The notes below the pieces were generated by a model. The model searched no databases and was not told the DNA's origin. It saw only the letters and a program-made list of their open reading frames with translations. Below are positions 29,301-41,300 of a stretch of 64,000 bases of DNA, one piece after another (the first letter of the stretch is position 1; every line of letters begins with the position of its first letter). Source of the DNA: Eledone cirrhosa (lineage: Eukaryota). The translations under genes were made by a program, and so were the position numbers. The DNA lies in the NCBI GenBank assembly GCA_964016885.1, contig OZ024748.1:29636001-29700000 (forward strand), given 5' to 3'.

Positions 29301-32300
29301 GTATAAGCAAGACAAGATCAGCCGACTGGACACTGCCCACAACAGGACAACCCGTCTAACCCATGCTAGCGTGGAAGAATGGACGTAAAACGGTGATGAT
29401 GATGATATATGTATATGTGTATATATAAATATATAGCTATATGTATGTATATATATATGTATGTGTATATATGTATGTATATATGTGTGTATGTATATGT
29501 ATATGTATGTATGTGTATATATATATGTGTGTGTGTTTATATAGGGAAAAGCAGATGTAAAATGAAAAAAAAAATGTATGTAATTGTATATATGTATGTA
29601 TGTATGTATGTATGTGTGTGTGTGTATGTATGTATGTATGTATGTTTATGTATTTACACACACATACAGAAACACATGGGTAAGCAAGGAGAGAGACAGC
29701 AGAGACTGACTAGCGAGGAAAAGATTTGAATTTCTTCAAATAGCAGTCCACTACTAGGTCATGAGGTAAAAGAATGGGGGTATCAAAGGAATGGTTATTT
29801 TGGCTCCACTGATCTCACATGTTACAAAGTGCACCATGCATTTTATTGTGGTATTAGCAATAGGGATGTTGTCACATGTTTTTCACTAATCGCTTTATAG
29901 AGGGGACTGGGTGTGTATTCATTACCAACTCTAGAGAGGTTGTTACCTCTTTGACACAACTAAAGAGTCCTATCGACCAGTTTTTTGGTATGGTTTCTAC
30001 TGCTGGAACCACTTCTAACTAAGGCTTCTGTGATGAAGCTGAAATTACAAAGGATAAGAAAGGCATCTTTCTTCTTTTTTTTTACATGGTATGTCTGTGA
30101 TGTAGCTTAATTTTAGGGAATAAAAATTAGTTCTCAATTTCTATTTTTCTCAGGAAAACAATGATGACAATCATTATCTTCGTTTTTACATCCATTTTTC
30201 CATTCTTGTGTGGGTTGGATGGGTGCTTTTCAGCACAGCATCTCTCCACACATTACATTCCTTCGTCATCTCAGTGATTTGAGACCACCTCCGCTCAGGT
30301 CTTCCTTGGTCTATCTCTACTTTGGCTTCCTTCCACTGGGATTTCCTGGCACTTCTTCACCCAGCAATCATAATCTATGGTTATCAAATGCTAGTACCAA
30401 TACAGTCATCTCTCTTGCACACCACTTCTGATTCCTCTTAAACCCAGTTTTTCTCGGTTTATTCAAGCTCTGGCGTTCTCTCACATTTACAATAACAACA
30501 AAATCTAGCATGGTAATGATATATGATATTTGTGAATGAAGTGTAGTAGTAGTAATATTAATAGTAGTAGCAGCAGTAATTTCTCAAATTTTTAAACACA
30601 TACATTCTTCTGTTAAAATAAGAGATTTCAGTTTGAAATTCTTCCAAACATTTTCAGATGTTTAGAAGCTTTAGATTAGCAATTTAGTTGAAAAATTCTG
30701 TTCAATGTTTCTGTGGAATGTCTGTGATTTGGTTCCTTTTCTCTAGTTTGGCATTGATTCAAACTGCACAGTTCAAATTGAGATAAAATTGTCAGCTTTA
30801 CAGTGATCTCTTAGAGATCACTGTACAGTAATAATAAGTTATCAGAAAATTGCGTGCACCATATAATTTTTCCTCCACATCCTGGCCATATATATCCTGT
30901 TTTTTAGAATAGGTACCTCATATCCCTGAATGTCATGAGAAGTGACTAAAAGAATTGGCTGTAAAACATTATCTCAAATGATGGTGATCTTCACTAGAGA
31001 TCTCTGAAGAATATGTCAGTTTCTTGGCAAGGCCATTTCCGCCTAGTTTGCCACTATGCCATGTCCTGAACCCTTAACTGCAGATGGAGTCATAGAGGCA
31101 CAGTCATGAGTTGGACATTTAAAACTTGGGAGAATCCATCCTTTGCCAGCTGATTTTATCTGAGAAAGAAAAAATCAATCAGACTGACTGGTGCTTAATT
31201 TTAAAAGGATGAAAAGCAAAGTTGATCTCGGTGGGATTAGAACTCAGAGCACTGAATGCCACAAAAGATTCTATCTGATGAACAACACTGCCAAATCATT
31301 ACATAGGTTACTAAATATAACCCCCCCCCCCCCAATCCCTCATCCAGCCTATGGATCAAGGCATGATCCATGCCTTCAAGGCACTTTACACACTGAACCT
31401 TTTCCAACCTTGTGGACGCAATGGACTCTGATGAGAATTTCAAGTTAAAGGATATTGGCGTAACTTCATGATTGCAATGTACCTGTCAGTCATCCAAGCT
31501 GCTCTTAAGGCCTCATCGGATGCTGGAAGAAGGCATGGCCAGAGTGTGTCCAGGACTACAAGGATTTCTCACCTGAAGAAATTCAGCACGAGGCTGTCGA
31601 CAATGCGGTGAGACTGGGAAAGGTACTTGGTGGCGAAGGTTTTGACGATATCATGCAAGATGAGGTCAACCTCATTGATGTCCACTCTGAAGCCCTGATG
31701 GACGAGGATTTGTTGGAGTTAACAAAGTCTGCCAGCGAAGAAGAGGAGGAAGTGCCAGAGGAAGAGGAGGAGTAGGGCTTGACAATGGAACATCTGTCCA
31801 ACCTTTTGAGGACAGCAAAGGAGTTGCAAGGGAAGGCAGAAGCATGGGATCCTATATGGTTTGGTCTCTCCAATTTAAAAATGCCATCGATGCTGCCATG
31901 CAGACAAATAAAACTCTCCTCACCACCATGAAGAAACAGCGACAGCAACTTCCCATCACAATGTTCGTCAAGCACACCAAGAAAACCTTGTACAAAGATA
32001 CCACATCTGCTGAAATGCCTGCAGAAGAGGTGCCACCTGAGGAGCTTTATATCCTCTGCCTTACTGTGCAGTCATTATCTTCATTATTTTGATCATCAAA
32101 ATTACCTTCAATCAATATCATTCATTATTGGTGAGTACCCATACATTTTACAGTATTTTTTATTAAAGACTGCAAAAGCATTTCCATGGGCAATGGCCGG
32201 CGACACCCACTGCAACAGCCACCCCACCTTGTGGGGCTCCTGACGTTCCTATATATAATATAAAAGATTGGAACTCCCATCATCCTTTTGAGAAACCTCA

Positions 32301-35300
32301 ACCAGCTATATCTCTGCAATGGGACATGCTTAACAGTCAGGGGGAAGATGAACCACCTCCTAGAAGGTCACTATTCTTGGAGGCAATCATCAAGGAGAAA
32401 ATGCATTTATTCCCAAGATTCCTCTAATCCCTTCCTGTACCGAGCTGCCGTTCAAATTCTCAAGACTTCAATTACCTGTTAGAGTCAGTTTTGCTATGAG
32501 CATAAATAAAGCTCAGAGTTTCAAAGTTGTAGGATTGAATACAAGAGAATCATTTTTTAACCTTGTACTGTAAACCAAACAACACATCCAATACAGTCGT
32601 TTTCTTTTACAGGTCTTCTCTCATCATCTATTTACCCAGGCAAAGCCGGGTGTGTCAACTACTTTATTATAAGAACTCATTGTTATGAACAAATACCATC
32701 TTAATAATTGTTTCTATTGGCACAAGGCCAGCAATTACTCCAGTACATTACTGGTACTTTATTTTATTGACCCCGTAAGGATGAAAGGCAAAGTGAACCT
32801 CAGCAGGATTGGAACTCACACCATAAAGGGGCGTAACTCTAAGCTGCAAAGCATGGCGTCCGACCTTCTACTGATACTGCCAATCCCCCGCCCTATTAAA
32901 TACCATCTTAATAATGAAATAATTAGGCATACTAATGCTAATAAGTAGTCATGCTGCAACACTACATAGTTTAGTCATTAGGCTGTGGCCATGCTAGAAC
33001 ACTACATAGATTTAGTTATTAGACTGTGGCCATGCTGGAACACTACATAGATTCAGTTATTGGACTGTGGCCCATGCTGGAACACTACATAGATTCAGTC
33101 ATTAGACTGTGGCCATGCTGGAACACTCCATAGATTTAGTTATTAAACTGTGGCCATGCTGGAACACTATATAGATTCAGTCATTAGACTGTGGCCATGC
33201 TGGAACACTCCATATATTTAGTCATTAAACTGTGGCCATGCTGGAACACTACATAGATTTAGTCATTAGACTGTGGCCATGCTGGAACACTACATAGATT
33301 TAGTTATTAAACTGTGGCCATGCTGGAACACTACATAGATTTAGTCATTAAACTGTGGCCATGCTGGAACACTACATAGATTTAGTCATTAAACTGTGGC
33401 CATGCTGGAACACTACATAGATTTAGTCATTAAACTGTGGCCATGCTGGAACACTACATAGATTTAGTTGATCATATTGATCCCATTGCCTTGGTGTTCA
33501 AACTAATTTAAAAAAAGAAGTTAGAGAACTTTATTGAATATTGTAAGTTTGTGTTTGGAACATACCTTAAAGTATTCTGAGGTAATATTATGATGGAAAG
33601 TTTTAGTTTAAAGTCGATGGAAGCCTTGGAGTGGGGAGACTCAGTAAGACTTGGGATGAGGTGATAAAAACTGACCTTGCCTAAATGTACCTCTCAAAGG
33701 TGATGACACAGGACTGAGATCTCTAGTGTTACGCAGTACTCTGAAGACCCGACTTCCCACAAGCACAGGCCAAAGCTGAAGCATGTATACAGTATGCCCC
33801 ACCCCACTCTCTCATACATCTCCCATGAGGACAGGCCGAAGTATGCACACTGTAAAGTGGTTGTGTAGATGTCACAACAAAAAGCACCCAGCCCACACTG
33901 TAAAGTGGTTGTGTAGGCGCCACAACAAAAAGTACCCAGTCCACATTGTAAAGTGGTCATGTAGGTGCCACAGCAAAAAGCACCCAGTACTCACTGTAAA
34001 TAAGGTTGGTGTTAGGAAGGGCATCCAGCTGTAGAAACCAAGCCAAAATCAGTTCTGTATGAGTAAGACAAGGTCACCCGACCTGGCATTGCTCACAACA
34101 GGACAACTCGTCTAACCCATGCTAGCGTGGAAGAATGAACGTAAAACAGTGATGATGATGATTGGTACCCTCCCATGGAAAGGGAGCGAAGAGGACATCA
34201 CATAATGAACTGGCAGCAGACAATTGATATGGACCTGAAACCCATCAACAAAAGTTGGAACAATGTAGTGATAGATGCAACTAATTGAAAACAGTAATGA
34301 AAGAAAGGATTAAGTTGTTAAGTCATTGAGAAAAACATAAACTCCTATCTATATAGACCAGAGGGTATGGCACATGCCATGGTTCCCACTTGGACTAGGA
34401 GCACTTTCTGTTAAAGCCAGATAAGCTGTCGTTGGAAAATGAAAAAAAAAAACTTCTTCAGATGTATGATTTGTCTTTGATTATCATGGATGAGAAGCAC
34501 TGGTGGCTGAATCGTTAAAACATTTATATAAATTATTGTGGTTGGGCAGGGACGCAATTTCACTGCTTGCCATAAGCGCTGTTTTCCTTAATTATGCCTC
34601 TGCTTCTAAGCCTTGTACTTATGTAATAAAAAAAAATGTGTATGAAGTCAGTTTTCTGAATATCTTATCAATAAATCTGATTCTACAGCAGCAGCTGAAC
34701 AGAAACAGTAGCAACAACAGAGCCAATGCTGTATTGGTCAGTTTTGATTAACTTTGCTATTACATAAATGTTTACTTAATGCACCAATAATTTATATAAA
34801 TGTTCTAGCTTCTCAATATAAAAGATAGTTTAAAAAAAAAATTATTTTTCATCTTTTATGTGTTGTTGATATAATCAGTATCACCAGGTTTGTTTTTATA
34901 TGGGTTGGATGGGTCTTCCTCAACACAGCACCGCACTACCCATTGCATTCCTTCATGCCATTTCTTTTACAAGGTTCAACTTTCTGAAAACCACCATTCA
35001 CCAATTCTCTCTCTCTCAAGTGGTGGGTTGGAATTGTTACCAGCACTAGACACTGACAATTGCATTCTGAGTTCCAATTCCACTCTTCTGCGCATGGGAC
35101 CACAAAAGATTAACAAAGCTGCAATGGGTAGATGTCTGTTACTGCAGTTGAATGATGATGATGATGAACAGGAGGTTTATTTCATGTATTATATCCTGTA
35201 CGAGCAAGACACGGTCACCTGATCTGACTTGTTTCACAACATCAGAACAACTTGTCTAGCCCATGCTAGCATGGAAAATGGATGTTAAAATGATGATGAT

Positions 35301-38300
35301 GATAATGATCCTCGTTATTTTTAAAGTCAGTCAAATTCAGGCCAGCATGGAAAGTGGATGTAAAATGATGATGATGCTAGTGTATAATTTGAGGGTAGAT
35401 TTCTAGCAAGTTGAGTGTAGAGCTATTTGGAAGCTCCTATGTTTGCTTTCTAAAATCTTCTATGTCTTAAATCAGCTTCTTTCATATTACAGATATTTCT
35501 ACTTTTATCAATTTTATTAATACTACTATCCTATGTTGGGATCCAGTTGATAAGGAAAAAAGCTGACACAGATGAATGCTATACAGGTAAGTTGCCCTGT
35601 TTTGGTTTATTTCTCTTCTGAAAAAGTTTCGCCCAACCCATGCCAGCCTGGAATGGTCCACCTAAAACCAATGATGATAGAGAGAGAGAGTTGTTTTCTT
35701 TTTACTAGTTATTTTAGTACGCGGCATGTATCATTAGCCAGTATTGATCTGTAGATATACTATTTCACATATACTGATCTCTTATACATAATATATACTA
35801 TATGTACCCAGCTTTGCCCGGGTAAAAAGGATAAGAGAAGACAGGTAGAAAAGAAAACAACTGTATTGAGTGCATTGTCTGGTTTACAGTATGAGGCGAG
35901 ACCGTAGTGTGTGTGTGTGTTTGTGTGTGATGAAAAAAAAAAAAAAGAAACAGTAAAAGATCTTCCAGATACACTAGATTCTTTGTTTTACCATTCATGC
36001 ATAGTTTATGAAGATTTCTAGGTGTTTCCACTCCGGAACAACCTCCATGGGTAAAAAGTGATTCTTGTATTCAATCTTACAACTTTGAAACTCTGAGCCT
36101 GAGCTTTATTTATGGTCATAGTAAAACTGGTCTAACAGGAAACTGAAGTTTTTAGAATTTGAATGGCAGCTCGATAGAGGTTAAGAGGAATCTTAATACT
36201 TTTTGTATCATCATCATCATTTTACAACTGTTTTCCATGCTAGCATGGGTTGGATAGGTTGTTACAGGAAGTATTTCAATCATATACAGAGTTGTGTCTT
36301 GGACATGACAACCTCCCTAGTGCTGGGGCCATAATAAAATGCACTCAGTACACTCTGTAAAGTGGTTGGCATTAGAAAAGACATCCAGCTGAAGAAACCA
36401 TGACAAAACTTGTATGTATGGACAGTAGCTCCTATTAAGATCTGGTGTTCTTGGTCCCTGTACAATCTCCCTACTCACTGCTACCGGGGCAGAGTTGGCC
36501 ACCTACAGGAGTGAGTCCCATGAAATGAAATAGCTATTTCAATTTTCAATACATCTTCCTTGCTAGCTTCTGAGGTAACGCTTTCTCTACTCTGTCCGCT
36601 GGCGCAACAAGGCAGCACCTTGGACTTGGGGTTCAGAATGCCAGAGAGTGTTCTTCATTCTCCAGACTCATATATTTGGTTATAGGTCACTGATTGTTAG
36701 CAAACATATTTTTTTCTGAAAATTTTAAAGCTTGAATCTGATTTGTGTGCATACATACTCACACACTGTAACTGTACTACATTATACCAGAATGTGAAAT
36801 ATTTCAAAATAAAGTCTTATTTATGTTTCTTAGATTCTTCCTCTCATTTCTTCCAACAGGTGATGAAGACGTTTATGTTTACAAAATCTCGTAAGTAGCT
36901 TTCCATTCTACTCTTGTCTTAGTCCTGGCATGTATGTGTTTACATGTGAATGTGTGTACTTGTGTGACTGTGTGTGTGTCCATGAGTGTTTGTATCTATA
37001 TTTTGTATTCTGATATCAGATCCCACAATTTTCTATATACCCTTATGAAATAGTTTAAATATATGAATTCGACATGTGGTTTCCCATCATGTCCATTTCT
37101 TGCCTCCATACACACACTTGTCACAGTACCTAAGGAATATGTGAAAAAGCTGTAATGTAATAGGATTTCCTCCAACTCAGCAGTTTTCTTTTCTTATGTG
37201 GCCATCAACACTTCTAGCTTTAAAACTAAAAACCTATCGTTATTGTATTTATAGTCAAAATCCTGTTAAATTTTGTTAATTAGTTCTCCAAAATTTAGTA
37301 TAAAATATTTCTTGTGCATGAAAATTTGTATATTCTTAAAAGTAAACCCTACTAAAATGTTTCACAGCACTCCTACTAGCATCTGTAGATCTCCTTTTAC
37401 AGTGTAGTGCATCCATGGACGTCTCCTGACCTACCCCCGCCGGCTCACCTTACCATGCCAACGTTGTGGGTTGGGTTTTGACCCCCCCCCCTCTTCCTCC
37501 TGTACAATATGTATATACTGTGTCTTTTACACATCTACTTTACAGTGTGGGCTGGGTGCTTTTTGCATATTTTTTCCTGTTAGAATTTCTGTTTTAATTG
37601 TTATGTATTTTAATAACTAAGTATAATTAATGGTTTCTATTTAAAGCACAAGGAAAGGAGAAGGGGAAGTCGATTGTATTGATCTCAGTATTTGACTGGT
37701 ACATTTTATCATTGAATCCTTGGCAGGATTTGAACTCAGAGTAGAGCACTGTAACATGCTAAAAAGCATTTTGTTCAATGTTAATCCATCACCATAATAA
37801 TTAAGAAGAGTAATTAATAATAACAATAATAATTAATAATAATAACAATAACAGAACAATATTATGATTGGAGTAAGATTCAATGTTTGAAGTATTTCAA
37901 CATGTTGATGCAATAGATTAATGACTAGAAGTGAAAACAAAGGAATAGCTGACTATTATGATATTGCTATGTTTGTGTGTATTGTGAAGGCATATAATAT
38001 GGCTTAATGGTTAGAGCATCCAACTCAAGACTTTATGATTGTGAGTTTAATTTCCAGCACAGTGGGAATTCCCTCTCTCCTCTCATCTCTCTTCTTCCCT
38101 CCTCTTATCTCTCTTCTCCCTTCCTCTGTTCTCTTCCCTTCTCTCACTTCTCCTCTCTCTTCTCTCTCCTCTTCTCCCCCTCCCCTCCCTCATCTCCACT
38201 TCCCTCTCTCTCCTCTCATGTCACTTGTTTTATTATTACAGACTATTGCTGTGTACCCTGACCTTAGCCATATCTTTTGGTGCTGTCCTTTTGTTGCCCA

Positions 38301-41300
38301 TCTCCATTGTCAGTAACGAAGTCTTGCTACTTTACCCAGACAGTTACTACGTCAAGTGGCTCAACAGTTCCTTGATCCACGGTAAGATACTGCATTATTA
38401 TTATTACTAGCAGAAAAACCACCCTCAGCTGGTTTTTCTGCTAGCATGTGTAGTGTGTATATTGATATTATACATAAATATATATGCATGTAGATATGAT
38501 ACATCAAATAAAATCGTAATTGATAATATACACAGAAATTGAACGAAGACTGTGTTACACTGTCTTCTGTAATCAGTAAAGTAATCCATGATATATTAAA
38601 AAAAGACGATATTATATATAAACTGCATTAGGAGAAAATTAGCGACGGAAATATGTGATATTTTTATTATATTTTTGTTATAATATAACGGCCGCTAACC
38701 GGAAGTGTTGACATTTGAAGATACTGCATTATTATTATTATTATTATTAGTTAAAGGGCGGTGGATTAGCAGTATCAGTAGAGTGTTGGACAATATGCTT
38801 TGCAGCATAGAGTTGCAGCTCTTTATGGCCTGAGTTCAAATCCTGCCGAGGTTAGCTTTATTTTTCATCCTTTTGGGGTTGATAAATAAAGCACCAATAA
38901 TGTACTGGTTCGATTGAATCAACTTTCCCTCCCCACAAAATTGTTAGCCTTGTGTCTAAATCAGAAACCATTATTATTAGTTTTATTTTTGTTGCGCTCC
39001 ATCACTGCATTACTGAGCACAGTTCTGTGCGTCTTGGGTATGTGCTGCAAGGGTTTTGGTGGTGTTTGTTCTACTGTATTGAGAGTACTCTTTGTAATAT
39101 GTGTGCAGTGTATTATTGTTATTATTATCATTTTATGAGACTGGAAGTGTGTATGACGATTGAACAGAAAGAGTATAGTGTCTAAAAGGACTCCATGGTC
39201 TCGACGATTGTATGGCAACCTCTCTAGTGTTGGTGCCAGTGGTAGTACTGGTGCCACGATAAAACACACTCAGTCCATTTTGTAAAGTGGTAGTACTGGC
39301 ACCATGTTAAAACACGCTCTGTAAAGTGGTAGTACAATAAACCACCTAGTCCACTCTGTAAAGTGGTAGTATTGGCGCCATGATAACAACTGGGTGGCAC
39401 ATTATGTTCTTTCACAACACATTTCATTTCATGTTGCTTTTCGATAAAACTTATGAGATACCTTGTATCTCATAAGTTTACATAGGTATGAACTGTAACA
39501 ACAACATAATAGCACTGGAACCCCTATTATTAGGACACCTGAGAAAGCTCCTATGAGATAACAACCTCAGAGGCAGCTAAACCTACACAAATGTGAGCTG
39601 CAACAACAACACAATAAGATTTGGGTCCCTATCATTAAATCATCTGATGGGTCTCTATCATTAAGTTACCTGAAAAACCTCCTCTAAGATACAACCTCAT
39701 AAGCTAACTAAACTTTTGTAGGTATAAGTTGTAAATTTTCTATTAATTCCTACAGTCTATATGTGATGTTTTTGTGGAAGTAACTGCATATCTTTATGTA
39801 TTTCCTTGCAGAATTATGGAACTTGATATTCTTTCTCTCCAACCTGGCGCTCTTCATATTGATGCCTTTCTCTTACTTTTTCACAGAGTCAGAGGGATTT
39901 TCTGGCTCAAAGAAGGTCAGTACACGCACACAGACACACTACACATACTACATACATACAATTTTCTCTCTCTCTCTCTTATATATATCATCATTTAATG
40001 TCCATCTTCCACACTAGCATCTCTCACCCACCTTTTAACACATATCATAAGAATTTCATAATGAATGAAAAGTTAACATTTCCTGTCAGTTGTCATTGAC
40101 CAATAACATCAATCTGTACCCATGGGAAATCGGGTCTTCTGTATTACTACATAACGCCAGAGGTCTCGGGCCTTTAGATGCAATTGAGCAAAATCAGATT
40201 TTATCACTTCTTCCCTGGTCTTCTTGGGTCTCCCCACTCCAAGGCTTCCATCAACGTTTTTATGCAGCTGTCATCCTTCATAAGCATCACTTGTCCATAC
40301 CAACGTAATCTCCCCTCCTGCACACAGCATTTGATTCCTCTTATGCTTAGTCTCTCTCTCAGTTCGTTTATGCTTTGCCATTCATGTATATTACTATTAC
40401 AGCTCCATTGGAGCATGCAAGCTTCATTTCTTTCTAATCTATGCAAATCTTCTGCACACAATGCCCAGGTCTCACTACCATGCAGCATTGCTGTTTGTAT
40501 GTACACATGTTACTGTACTTTCAGAACACCTACCTCTGCTGCTAATTCGGTCACCTAGGTAGCAGAAGCTGTCTACTGTTTCTACAGAGCCCTCCCAGAA
40601 TTTAGTAGTTTTTGTTTCCTGTGACTGTTTGCTGCTTACTGTCCCGGTGCAACTGCTACATGTAAAGCCTACATTTTTAGCTAAACTTCTTGAGATCCCA
40701 CTACATCTCTTGTGTACTCATAGTTTGCATTTGGGGCAGTGGATGCAATCTACACCATTCCTACTTACTGAGCAAGGCCATTTCCCTGAGGGTACAGGAA
40801 TAAGACTTGTACAGGCTTGCCCCTTATCTCCCTTTGTTGTGGAACTCTTCTTTGCTAGATGTCAAAGTGCTTTTGTCACTTTGCAAATGACTTACTCATG
40901 GACACACGCGTTGAGTACTTCTTTTGTCATAAATGAGTCTCAAATACTCTTTGCTTCAGAAATAATGTCTTAAGAAAAGAGTGTTCCAGAGAAGTCCAAT
41001 GCATGTGTATCGGCTGGGTCAGCATTGACAAAAGGGTAAGGGTCAGAAGAGTGCTTCACCCTTGCATTGCAGAATTCGCTGTACACATGGTGATCAAGGG
41101 TTACTGCTTTGGTAGAGGATCGGGTAGGTGTGTCAATTACATTGCTGAGGTTGTTGAATATGGTGTTGGCGTGATCATCAGCCTCCGCTCCATTGGTCTG
41201 AGCCTGTTGTTGGGGATGTCGCCGTTGTTGGCGGGTGACACTCTCGTGGTGGTGTAAGATACTACACTTGGCGTATTTGTGGTTGTAGGCAGGGCATTTT

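Noticed and set aside
30799-30826. Short perfect hairpins (also 39448-39479 and about 57530-57570) as terminators
   Set aside because: Intrinsic terminators do not apply to an animal Pol II intron, and they are too short to assign any function
32950-33468. CRISPR-like regular array
   Set aside because: Units are contiguous with no unique spacers, there are no cas genes, and the context is eukaryotic; it is a minisatellite
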